This document shows, piece by piece, positions 1 to 25,300 of a DNA stretch of 64,000 nucleotides (within the stretch, counting starts at the first letter, position 1; every line of letters starts with the position of its first letter). A program made the translations under genes and the position numbers. The DNA comes from Blastocystis sp. Blastoise (Eukaryota > Protista > Bigyra: Opalinata), in the NCBI GenBank assembly GCA_039096225.1, contig JBBPEB010000015.1, positions 806,001-870,000 of the forward strand. The letters are read 5' to 3'. Under the pieces are notes generated by a model. That model had not been told where the DNA came from. It saw only the letters and a program-made list of their open reading frames with translations, and made no database searches.

Positions 1-49
1 GAAAATTACAAAAACAACATAAAAACAAGTATTATACTATAGTCAGTGT

Positions 50-2244
50 TTATATAGTATTTTGAGCCTTCATTATATTAATATAATCATAAGCATCTTT
101 CTTTTGCTATATATAGAGAAAATTATAGTAATATATATAGAATAGTATTTATAAAATAAAAAATAAATTTTTGTATATATATAAAAAAATTTATATATAT
201 ATATATATATAAAATACCTTTTCTACATCAAATCCTGAAGGTATTTCTTTTTCCATTAAGGAGACAACTTTGTCCACAACGGATTCAGCGACTTTCGTAT
301 CAAGAAAAGAAAGTCTGCTACGACGAGCTATATAATCAATAGCAGTACAACAATATTCTTTTCTACAAGAGAAAACAACTTCTGCCTCTATATGTGGATA
401 ATCTATATTCAAACGAGATCCTAAGTTCTCTGTCTTAGCTAAATCAGCTATCTATAGATATAGAAGATAAAGAAATGATATATATTCAATAAATAAATAT
501 AAATAAATATAAATAAATAAATATAAATAAAATAAATAAAAATAATAAATAAAATAAACAATAAAATAAATAAATAAAATATAAATACTTGATAAGCTCT
601 ATAGCCATAAGAATGTGCTAAATGATCTGCAATATCTCTAGGGAATGAATATGTATCTCTTAAAGTAGTAGATATTTCAGAAGGAATTAATTGTTGTTTC
701 TTTTCATTAGCACCTGTAAGTAAGCTATCTTTTGTTGAACAACTTGTTTTCTTAGAAAGTAATTCACTAACTTTATTTATAGTTTCTTCAGCCATATTTC
801 GAGTTGTTGTCCATTTTCCACCAACTATAGTAACTAAATTAGAAGGAGAAACATGAACTAAATGAGCACGAACTAATTCAGCTGTATTCTTAGCCTATAC
901 ATATTATTCAAATAGTATTATATATAAATATATATAATATATTATATATATATATACTTTAGGATTTCTAACAAGAGGACGAATACCAGTAAAAGCAGAT
1001 TTAACATCATCTTTTGTAAGTTTTACATTTAATAAACTATATAATATAATAATAATATAATAATAATAATATAATAATAATAATATAATAATAATAATAT
1101 AATAATAATATAATAATAATATAATAATAATAATATAATAATAATAATATAATAATAATATCTATACCGATTAGCTTCATTAAGAATGAAATCAACATCA
1201 GTACCTTTAGTATACGGTCTCATAGTAATTTCACTTGGATTATCAGTTGTACCTACCATAACATTATTAATATATATGTTATTATAATAATAATTATATA
1301 GTATAGAATATATATCAATTTACAAATATATGAATAAATATAAATACTTATTAAGCCAAGGAAGCATAAAACACACTCTGCCATCAGCGGATTGGTTAAT
1401 TAGACCACGTCCCTCAGGACAATACTTACGATCTATTACAATATGAGTACCTATATAATATATATATATAATTATATAGTTTTATTTTATAAAATAAAAT
1501 AATAATAAAAAAAAATAAAAATAATAAAATATATAAAATAAATAAATACCAGAAGCAGGAATAATAAGAGATTCTTCTTTAGGATCATCCATTTTACGAA
1601 TAGTATCACCAAATACACCACAAGCATTTACTACAATATGACTCTTTATATCAAAGGAATTACCTGTAAGTACATCAGTTACATTTGCACCACATAATTT
1701 ATTCTCTGAATTCTTATTTAATTGATTTACTTAAAAAATATATATATAACAATATAATTTATATATATAAAATAAATCTATAATAATAATAATATATATA
1801 TAAATATACTTTAACATAATTCGATAATTCTGCTCCATTTTGTAAAGCAGTAAGAGCAATCATTAAGTCGTGACGAGCATCGTCATGTTGACCATCATAA
1901 TAACTATATAATAATAATAATTATAATAAAAAATTTCAAATAAATAATAAATAAATAAATAATAATAAAAAAACATACAGAATACCTCCTTTTAATTTAT
2001 TTTCATTTAAATATGGAAATGATTCTATAATTTCTTTTTTACCAATAAAACGAGCTCCAGGTAAAGGACTACGTTTACCAGCAATAAAATCATATAATTT
2101 ACAACCAAACCATACATAAGGAATTCTCCAATAAGCATATAATGGCATTACAGTAGGAATACCTTTAGCTAAATAAGGAGCTTCATTTAATAAATAAGTT
2201 CTTTCTTTTAACGCTTCCTATTTATAAATAAATATATAAATATA

Positions 2245-2303
<59 letters not shown>

Positions 2304-2308
2304 ATATA

Positions 2309-2347
<39 letters not shown>

Positions 2348-3044
2348 TTTTAAAAACTAATCATTTTTATTTATAATAATGATATACCCAAACTAAAGCT
2401 AAGGATTTAGGATCACATTTAGTAAATGCTTGTTCTAAATAACGAATACCTCCATGTAATAAATTTGTACTTCTTGATGAAGTTCCTATATAGTATTGAT
2501 TCATATAGATAAATAAGAAACGGATATTTATTGTTATTTATAAAGTCTAAATGATAGATATACCTGAAGCAAAATCTTCTTGTTCAACTAAAGCTACTTT
2601 TAATCCACGTTTAGCAGCATCATAAGCACAATAAGTACCTAGAGAACATTATTTAATAATAAAATAGAAATAATATACCAGTACATCCACCACCAATGAC
2701 AAGGACATCGAATTCTTGAGTCTTTAAATGATCCAGAATGTAAAGAAATTAAGGAGTGATACAATGGAAAAATCAATATAAATATTAAAGTAATAAAATA
2801 AGGATATTTCTTTACGACATTCAGTGTTTTTAAAAGTGATCATTTCAGAGCCAACCTATAGGTATAATGATATGTTTCAACTTAATATTACTTTAACAGT
2901 TTGAGTTGGAGGAGGTTCTGAGCAACTGATCATACGTGTAAGAGGTTTCATTACAGAAGTAGATCTTTTTAATCCATTAATAGATTTCATAGATCTAAGG
3001 AGTCATCATTTCATAATGCTGATATATATATACAAAGTTAACAT
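50..3044 (-). CDS. GPD2: Mitochondrial-type FAD-dependent glycerol-3-phosphate dehydrogenase, 15 exons, no C-terminal EF-hands
   Basis: Spliced translation has FDVLVIGGGCTG (FAD-binding), [65 protein letters not shown] and GGKWTTTRNMAEE. The N-terminus MLTLSMKSINGLKRSTSVMKPLTRMIS is presequence-like. Stop TAA at 50-52. The model uses one AT-AC and two GT-AA introns. Confidence 0.96.
1264..1347 (-). other. Non-canonical GT-AA intron in GPD2
   Basis: CCT TGG CTT AAT AA|gtattt...tattaataa|T GTT ATG GTA GGT ACA ACT GAT. There is no AG anywhere in the intron. Removal restores the PW-x6-GTTD spacing. Confidence 0.8.
1731..1809 (-). other. Probable non-canonical GT-AA intron in GPD2
   Basis: AAT TAT GTT AAA|gtatat...atttttaa|GTA AAT CAA TTA gives NYVKVNQL. 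The adjacent AAG is out of phase, and the next in-phase AG deletes VNQLNK. Confidence 0.6.
2740..2807 (-). other. U12-type (minor spliceosome) AT-AC intron in GPD2
   Basis: Minus strand reads ...AAA GAA|atatccttatttt...atcactccttaatttctttac|ATT CTG GAT CAT TTA AAG ACT CAA GAA TTC GAT. It has the 5' site ATATCCTT, a branch point TCCTTAAT ~8 nt from the terminal AC, and is 68 nt. Removal gives CRKEILDHLKTQEFDVLVIGGG; unspliced it hits TAA. Confidence 0.92.
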
Positions 3045-3307
3045 GACTGAACCTAGAGGTGTTTAAAGATAAAAAACGTAAATGGACGAAGAATAAAAAT
3101 ATGATTGAATCATAAATCGTATATTTATTTAACCGATGGGTGACGCAGTCAAAGTTTGTATGGTTATAATATTAAATTAGTGGTGACAACAAAGACTTCG
3201 GAATCGTGGAAACTGGGAGAAAACTTGAATCTTCTATGTATTTGACGGGAATTCTGAATAAAATTCAAGAAAACCGAATAATAGAGAAATCTAACGACAG
3301 TGTCAAT

Positions 3308-3372
3308 AGCCAATAGAATCCCTGTTTTTCTAGTCATTTGATTGGTCGATAAAACAATCGTTTTATTGGTTG
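3308..3372. promoter_or_regulatory. Cluster of three CCAAT-box-like motifs upstream of GPD2
   Basis: AGCCAATAG (~3308), GATTGGTC (~3340) and TATTGGTT (~3364) lie within 65 bp in a relatively GC-rich intergenic stretch 260-330 bp upstream of the GPD2 ATG. Confidence 0.3.
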
Positions 3373-4251
3373 TTAAACGGATATAGAATGACTCATAGAT
3401 CCCTTATATTTACGAATAGAGATGAAATATTAGGTTTAAAAAGAAATAGACTATGGTATACTCAAGTTGGCTTAGTATAAGAATCATTCATAGTGTTCAA
3501 ATAAATGAAAATAGAAGTCATTTCAGAATTATCACTGGCAACTGAAGCTAATAAAGAGTTATTCTATGGATCGAATGTGGCAAAAACAAATTAGACTACA
3601 TAACAATAATAAGATGACTTGCTTCTAAAGCAGATTGCTATATATTTTAAGCAATTCATTTTTATAATAAGAACTCTTTTATTCATAATAGTTATATATT
3701 TTTTATCATACTAAGATTATTTACAAGTAGAAAACTGTTTTATGGAGACATTGTTTGCGTTGTTAATAACGAAATAATAAGAAACAAAACAAAAAATAAA
3801 TTGTTTTTTGATATATGGAGTATTTAGAATACAATAATATACATGGAATATACAAGAGTTGATTAGTTATACAGAAGTATTCTAAAGATTGAATAAATAA
3901 AAATAAATATATATAATTTACAAATAAAAAAATGTATATATTATAACAAATATGAATATATATATAGATAGGACTTTAATGTGAATTAGATACAAAAACA
4001 AAAAACAAAAATAAAAATAAAAAAGCGAGAGTATTTATAAAGTATGATAAAAAAAAATTGATAAAATGATCATTGAGAATAAAGTGATAAATATAAAAAT
4101 ATATAAGTTAAAACTATTCTATATATGAAAACTAAAATAAGAAATAGATAGAAAAGTGTATAGATAATACTTTTTTAAAAATAATTAAAAAAAAAGTAAT
4201 AGCATATTATTATATATTATATATATATATAGATTTATATATTCTAAAGAA

Positions 4252-5695
4252 TTAGAAGTTATTGACTTCTTCTTCATTTTCATCCGGATGTTCTGCACGA
4301 CTTTTTTGTTTTAAAGCAACTTTTTCAGGAATGGGACTATTAAATAGAGAATATTTATAGTAAGAATAGTAAAAAGAAGGTAATTATTAAAAATTAATAA
4401 TAATAAAATTAGTTTCATTTATTTATAATTAGAAAAAATATATAATAAAATTTGTTTAATTTATTTATAATTAGAAAAAATATATAATAAAATTAGTTTA
4501 ATTGATTTATAATTAGAAAAAAATATATAATAAAATTAGTTTAATTGATTATAATTAGAAAAAATATATAATAAAATAATGATAAAAAGCTTAGAATAGT
4601 AATATACGTTGGTGGTTTATTTAAGAAGATAATCATAATTGTCATATTATCTTTACTTCCTTCTTTTAAGCATATTTCTAAGAATTCACTTAAAGCATCT
4701 TTAGGATCTTCATAAGATTCCTATAAGAGTAATATAGTTATATATAGTATAAAGAATCATAAATAGTTTAAGCAATGATCAATAATTGATACTAGAATAA
4801 TTAAATATAATGTAATATATATATATAGATAAAAAAAAATATTGTAAATCTTGAAAAAAAAAATATTTTTTTTTAAATAATAAATTCTTATAGAATAAGT
4901 GAATTATATATATATATATATACGAAAAGATCTTTTAGTAATTCTATAGTTTGAGCAGGAGAGGGCATAACGTCCCAAATACCATCACAAGCAAGAATAA
5001 GGAAATTATCTTCTGAAGTACGTTCTTCTATATATACATCAGGTCGAGAACTAACAAGTTGTTCATGTGGCTCTAAATTATTATTCCCTTTATAACTAAA
5101 ATCACCAAAAGCACGAGCTACCTATATATGTATATTACATTATTTATATTACATAACTATAATAATTATGATTACTAATATTATTATGAATATTATAATA
5201 ATAATCAAAAATAAAATGAATAGTATATAATAAATATACAGCAAGATCTCCAACTCTACCTCCTGCTACAAGACCTCCAGCATGAATAATACGCTGTCTT
5301 TCTGATTCCTATATATATATATATATAATACGTATTATTAATATTCTTTTACTCAAGCAATTCTAACAATTTATATATATAGATACTTTTTCAGGTTTAT
5401 GATCTATAGACATAGGTATCGGTAAATAACCGCGAGATAATAAACAACGACTATCTCCTATATACAATAAATATAATTAAATTATAGAAGAATATTAAAT
5501 ATAATACTAATTAATTAAAAAATAAATAAATTCTAATTCTAATAGAAACAATACACAAACAAAATTATATATATATATATAAGAATATCATTTAAAAAAG
5601 GAATATTAATAAAAATATACCAAGATTGCCTACAATAATATGTGAGGGAGTTATAAAGGAAGTAATAGCTGTAGATCCACTTTGATCTGTTATAA

Positions 5696-5738
<43 letters not shown>

Positions 5739-6290
5739 AAAAATAATAATAAAATAATTAAAAAAAATAAAAAAAAATTTACATGTTTTAATTTCTGATC
5801 AAAATGAACAAATCCATTTTTTAATACTTGCTCATATTGTTGAGGAGTAGTCTATATAAAAAATAAAATAAATATATATATATTTTTATTTAAAAAATTT
5901 AATATAATTATATTATTTATAAATAAAAATAAAAAAAAATAAAAATAAAAATATATATTTACATCTGATGCATGATATTCTTGCTGACGGAGGAGTTCAT
6001 CTAATAAATGTTCTGAACTATTAAAAATTAAAAAAAAAATGAGAATGAATATACTGAATACAAATTAAAATAAATATATACGTATAACTAGAAGTATAAG
6101 ATCCACCATGACCATCGAATACACCATAGAATCCAGTACGTACATTACCAGGTAGAGAAGTTTCAATATAATGGCAATCTTCCATGGATGCTCTCCATCC
6201 TTGCATAGCACACAAGACAACAGATAAACCATTTCCTTGACAAAAGAAACGTTCCTTTGAACGAACAGGTTTCTCTAAATAATTACCCAT
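4252..6290 (-). CDS. Protein phosphatase 2C (PPM1A/PTC2-like), 9 exons
   Basis: Motifs MGNYLEKP (myristoylation-like start), [58 protein letters not shown] and GSKDNMT. All introns are GT-AG. Confidence 0.96.
4405..4578. repeat. Intronic minisatellite, ~42-bp unit x ~4
   Basis: Repeats of aaaattagtttaatt(g/t)atttataattagaaaaaatatataat in the last PP2C intron. Confidence 0.85.
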
Positions 6291-6958
6291 CTTACTCTCT
6301 ATAACAAATTAAATAAATCTAATTTTTATTGATCATACATAAATTTGAAATAATAAGAGATAAACTATAAACTTTATCTTCTGATTTATAATTTTAAAAA
6401 ATCAAAGAAAAAGTCTATAGCATTTCTTCACAACTCATGATTATTCACTGTAATCAAGCCACAAAACAGATATTCTCATGATTTCTTTTTTGAGTACAGT
6501 TTTTGTGTTTTTTTTTCTCTTGTTTCCTTCTTTAAGATTTTCTTTATTTTGAACAGTTAATAACAAATTATTCAATTATAATGGTTGTTCATATTTATAT
6601 AATTTGTCTCTACATATCTGTTTTTGAATAAAATCATTCAAATACTGTTTTTTTCGTAATGAATTATCGTCATTTACATTATTCTCTTCTTTTATTATGA
6701 ACTAAGACAATATATATGATTCTATGTGATTTTGAAATTTATTACAAATAATTTTAATTCAGTAAAATACACGAAGAGAGTAAAATGATTTTGTTTAGTA
6801 AATATATTAAATTTACAGCATTGCAAGTATATTTGATTACTTTAAACGTGTCATAATGTATTGAAAGATATAACAAAAAAAAATTATTATGAAAAAAGAG
6901 ACTCTAAAGAGAAATATAAGAAAACGAACAAGCAATGATCAGCAAATAATGGTATATT

Positions 6959-7250
6959 TTAGAAACCACCCTTTAATCTTAAGACGAGATGAAGAGTAGA
7001 ATCTTTTTGAACACCAAAGAAAGAGAGTTTGTAACCATCTTCTAATTCCTTTCCTCCATAAACTAATCTTTGTTCATCAGTTGGGATGCCTTCCTTCATC
7101 TCAACTTGTTTCTTTAAAGAAAGAACGGTATCATTAATATTAACCATGAAAGTTAATGTATGACCTGATAATGCTTTGACGAAAATTTGATATTCTGACG
7201 AAGAGAATCATATATAGAAATTATTTCGAAACGAAATAACATACTGACAT
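6959..7250 (-). CDS. Divergent monomeric ubiquitin-like protein ending LRLKGG-F, 2 exons
   Basis: [77 protein letters not shown]. An in-frame TGA lies just upstream of the domain, so a 5' micro-exon (ATG TCA|gtatg) is needed. The exact first junction is uncertain. Confidence 0.85.
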
Positions 7251-7924
7251 AGTTTAGTGTTAAATCTGAAAACTGAATGATAAAGCTTATTATTAAAAAA
7301 ATTATCTTCTCTTCCCACAAGAGTCGATAACCGTGGTTTTTAGTACTTTCTCTAGGAAAAACAAAAAATATTGTGATTTGCTAGACAAAAGTACTGAAAA
7401 CTATTGAATTGTACTGAATTCAAAAAACAGAAATCATTTTTTACACACTATAAACAAAAAAGAAGTAAAATTGATTCATTAGAAATAAAGTCTGTCTTGA
7501 GTTTGATTGTATCAAGTAATATAAAAGAATTTAAAGAATAAAAATAATCATTGATCATAATATTTTCGTTATTCTTTCTTTTTATAATTTAGTTTTGAAT
7601 TTTCAGTGATAAGCAAGGTTTGCCGAGTAATAAAGTGATGCTTTTTGATAAATTGCATGATTCATAGAAGAACAAATTATCTATTTAAAAAAGCTACTTA
7701 TCCAGTTTCTTCATTTTTTTTTCTGGGAAAAATAGTAAAAAGCCCTAGTCCTTTTAAGTTATTTTTCTATGATATTTATGGAAAAGTTATCGAATTGTTT
7801 GGATCACTAGACGGAAATTGAGTTTTGGAAGAAACTTTAATAAAGTTAAATATTTCTTTCATTAATAAAGCATATATTGTTTTTAACAAAGAATAAATAT
7901 AAAGAATAACAAAGAAATTCAAAA

Positions 7925-20423
<12,499 letters not shown>

Positions 20424-20437
20424 ATGTTCTATATATA

Positions 20438-20492
<55 letters not shown>

Positions 20493-21086
20493 TTATATAT
20501 TTATATATTTATATAATTATATTTATTCTAAGTTTTCTATTATTCTAATCTTCATAGTGATATTTCTTATAAATAATTATTTAATTATTTATTATTTTAT
20601 TTATTCATCTATTGAATATGTTTTCTTGATTCATTTTCCTACTATACTGTTTTGCTATCTCTACATTTTTTCTCTTTTGTTTTTTATTAGCAAAACAAAT
20701 AAACCATATATATATATATATTTCATTTTTTTTTTAATTTTTATATAATTATTTTCTCTATTTGGATTTTATTTTTTTACTACTATAAATTCTTGAGTAC
20801 ATTCATTAAAATATGTATTTAGTAATTCATTGTGTTTTTAAAGAATTCATTTATAAAAATTTGGTATATTAAGAAGAAAACAAAGCATAATATATATATA
20901 TGCAAAGAATACAACAACGTGAAACTAATGTACTGAACTACTTATTGAAAAGTGGAAAAAATATATATATAATAATAATAAAAAAACACGGAAAAATGAA
21001 AAAAAAAAAATAGAAACAATAGAGTTATGAAACACAAAGAGGAATACTAAAATTATTTTATTTATAATAATTTTTTCATTACTGTA

Positions 21087-21862
21087 TTATTCAGTTGGAA
21101 TTTCAAAATTATCAATTTTATCAAACATGGAACGCATATTATCAATCCAACGAGTCTTTATAGAATAAAATAATAAAAATATAGATAAACGTATAATATC
21201 TATTATTAATAATAATCAAGACATATAATATATTCTATATAATAAATACATATTCTTCATCGGACATTAGAGGTGTTGATCCACAAGATTTTCTACGTTT
21301 GGTCTTTGTTACACTTGGCTTAATTGTCTATATAACAATTATTCTTAAAAAACAATTTGGTAATAATAGAATTACTACATACTGTTTTAGATAATCTAGT
21401 AGCGACACGTTTCTTAGGTGTTACGAAAGATAGTTGTTCTGAAAAACTAGCATTATGTGCAGATGCTATTGAATTTCTACGTTTATTTTCTTTTAAGATA
21501 CTATCCATTGAAGGTTTGGTATCTCCTTTAGTAGATAGTTGCTCCTTTTTCTCTAATAAAACTTTTATTCGTTGAATTAATTCATCTTTTGTTCCTCTAC
21601 ATAGAGATTCATTATATAAATAAGTATACATGCTTTATATGAGTTTTTTATATAAATAAATAATATATATATATTAGAAAACAAATGAACAAGCATACTT
21701 TGCAGATTCATTTTTGGTTTTCAACCATTGTCTTAGTGTATTATAGGAATAGGACTCTAGATTTTCTTCCTTTATGATGATATTTTCTTTATTAGCGGCA
21801 TTTTCATCAAGTTGTTGTTTCATTGTATCCTTTATTAAATTATTTGAAGCAGATGTAACCAT
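21087..21862 (-). CDS. Small SAP-domain protein with KEN motifs and a Sororin-like C-terminus, 4 exons, ~175 aa
   Basis: Spliced: ...NKENII...LESYSYNTLRQWLKTKNESAK|GTKDELIQRI (SAP)...LKENKRRNS...TPKK...KTKRRKS...EEY|TRWIDNMRSMFDKIDNFEIPTE*. Confidence 0.8.
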
Positions 21863-22369
21863 TTTCAATCAGTATATTTGAGCTATTTAATGATTATATA
21901 GTATTGAGATATAAATAAAAAATAACAATAAAACTTGAAACAAAAGAATGCATAAAAAGGGAAAAAAACGGAAATCCAGTTTATTGATTCAAATTCTCGA
22001 AATTCTTTTAAATTAACAAGAATATATTTTGGGTAAACTCGAATGCATTTGTTTTTGTATATGTATTCAAAATATACATACAATCACTAGGAAGTCATTA
22101 GAAACAGGATGTCGTGTCTACCCTACTATTCAAGATCTTGATCTAATCAAAATTTGGTTTATTATTGTCAATATTTTGTATATTTATATTATTAATAGTG
22201 AAATAAAAACCGATAACATAACTAAAATGATCTCATTATAGAAATAAAACATAAATATAAATTGAAATTCCGGGAATTTTTCTATGAGTATTTGAAATTA
22301 TAATATAAATGATTCGGAAAGTGATAAAAAGAAAAAGAAATAAACTATAATGAATATAAATAATATGAT

Positions 22370-25300
22370 TTAGATTTTAACAGCTTTATTAGTGTTGCTT
22401 TGCTTGGCATTTATTTTTGTGTTTTTCTTTCCTGTATTGTATCCTTTTGAATATCTAGATTTCATACGATTGAAAATACATAGAATAATAATAATTATAA
22501 GAATAGCTGCTAGAGCACTAATAATCCATACCCAAATGGGAAGTGGAGGTTCTTCTTCACAAGATATAAATAACTCAGTACTAGCAGATCCTCTCTTATT
22601 GGAACAAGTCACAGTAATAGTTAATGAATTGAATACATTTGGTGATTTACCAAAAAGAGTACCTGTTTCACGATCAAGTACAATTCCTTGAGGTAAATTA
22701 TCTTCAGCAGAACAAGTATATTCAGCAGCATGAACTACTGGAGTTGTTGAGAAATCTCGATTCTTTATAATTAAAAGAATTTTATTTGGATATGTAATCT
22801 TTTGAGGTTTCATAACAGTACAAGTATTACTTATGTCACCTAAGACACCATTAGTACATAATGCTTGTATTCTACCTTCATAATAAGTAGGACAATTCTT
22901 ATAAGCATAATCACCTTCTAAAGCACCACCCCAACCATTAGCTTCATCAGGTTGACAAGCACCAGTAATTCTTTTAGTATATAATCCTAATTCAGCTAAT
23001 TGAAATTTAATATCTCCATCTGTACATAATCTTTCAGAATATTGATTAATAGGATCACTACATTCTTCAACTATCATTCTATATGCATGATAAGCTTTAT
23101 TATTAAAGAAATCTTTCTTTATAGTAGTACTATAAGTTAATATAGGTTGTTTTACAACTTTATGTAAAGTAGCCCAATTTATATTATCATTAGAACCTTC
23201 AATAGTCCATGTTTTAGGGTGACGAACATTACAATTGGAACCAGTAATAAACTCATAATGAGAAATAAATTCTCTTATTTCTCCATTATAAGTCCATTTT
23301 AATATATTCTTATCACAAGATAAAGAAGATGTATATAAAGTTCCTTTTATATTATCAAAAAGTTTAGCAATATTTGAATCATTTTCTATTGTACTTGAAC
23401 CTATACCATTTATAACTCTATAACTATTATTAGAAGTAAGAGATAAAGTACAATCAAAATTAATCTCTTCTTGTGTTTCAGTAGATTTATGTATTTCAAT
23501 AGCAATAATATTATTACCAACAATAATATCATTAGTATTGAGTAAAATGGAACTACCATAAGAAACAGGAGAATTATTATGTACTGTTCCTAATGTAGTA
23601 AAAGTAACATGTTGACTGGATATACCATATCTATATACTTCATGACCATTAATATATACAATTAAACTATCTTTACATTTAATATTAAATATTAAAGTAG
23701 TATATTCAGTAAGTGAATCAAGAGAGAAATTACTACGGAAATATTGAGTGATTCCTTTAGAAATACCAAAAGAACCAGAAGGAGCTTTGTTCCATTTTGA
23801 ATCATCGAAAGATAATTGATTCCATGAAGAATTTATTTCTTTGTTTTCATTAATATAAGTCCATGGATGATGTAGAGGAGGAATAATAGAACCTACAAAG
23901 AAATTATATGTTTCAGAGCTTTCTTGATCACCTAATCCTCCTTTTAAGAGTAAAGTTTGATCTTCTAAAAGAACTTCTACATAACCAGAATTCCAACCAT
24001 TATGACCACTATCTTGAATAGTTAATGAATAAGATCCAATAGGTTTACAATAAGAAATAATATTATCATGATTATCAATAAAACCATTTTTTGAATCAAG
24101 AACATTACTTGTTGAATCTAATAATTTATAAGATATTTCATCACCTCCAGTACCACTTTTAATATGGATAACAAACATTATATTAGGAGACACACAAGGT
24201 CCAATAGAAAGAGTAATTTTAGTAGAAGAAGTAGATCCTTGAGGTGATATCGCAGTAATCGTATATTCTGTACTTGAAAGTGGATCTGTAGGAATACCAC
24301 GAATAGAACCAGTAGAAGTATCTAATTCAAGAGGAAGAGTAAGAGGAGGAGAAATACTAAATTGACCATATAAATTACTATTTGGTATAATATCACTAAA
24401 AGGAATACCAATAAATCCTTGTATAGAAGAAATAGTATAACTTAAGGGTGGAGGAATATTTTGTTTGGATAAATCAATCATATGAAGAGATACTTCAGAT
24501 AAAGAATATTCAACAGGTAAAATTGTTGGATCAGCAGTTTCTGTAAATACAAACTTATAAATATTCCATACTTTATGATTTTGTGGTAAATAGAAACAAC
24601 GCTCTGATTTACGATCTGAGAAATAAGCATTTGTAACATTACCAATAGAAATAAATTGTTTATTATCATTTGATGTTAATACACTCCAATCTGAAGGATC
24701 TTTACCAGGAATATTAGTAGATGAAGTTAAACAATATTTATTTATAAATTCAGCTCTATGATTTTTGAATCGAATCATAATAGCTAAGGTTTTCTTTATA
24801 GAATCAGCAGGATAGGTATAACTAGTAAATGCACTATTATCAAATAGTTTATCTACAAATGAACTTGCAGGAATAGAGAATAACATCATATTTTGGAGAT
24901 TCTTTCTGCAATTACCTTCATAAAGTAATCTTAATTTAGCATTAAAATCTAATGTAGTAGGATTATTACGAGCAATATTAATAATTCCTATAGCTATTGT
25001 ATTTTGATTTGTATGGAATACTTCTAATGGTCCATTGATATCGAAGAAAATAGGAAATAATTCACCACTTAAAGGAGCCATAGTTGTTGAAAGATCTCCA
25101 TCAGGTAGACCTGTACGATGTATTTCTTCTTCATTAATATAAATAATAACACCAGCTCTAGCAAAGATACTTAATTCAAATCCACACATATTATCTAAAG
25201 AAGTAATTGTAACTGTTTTTCTAAATAACCATAAAGGCGAGGTTGTAGTAACAGGTGTAGAAGGATAGATATTGAATCCACTAGGTTCAGTTGTACTAAA

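Noticed and set aside
3495-3594. Short ORF MKIEVISELSL... in the GPD2-PP2C spacer
   Set aside because: It is about 30 codons with no homology or supporting exon structure.
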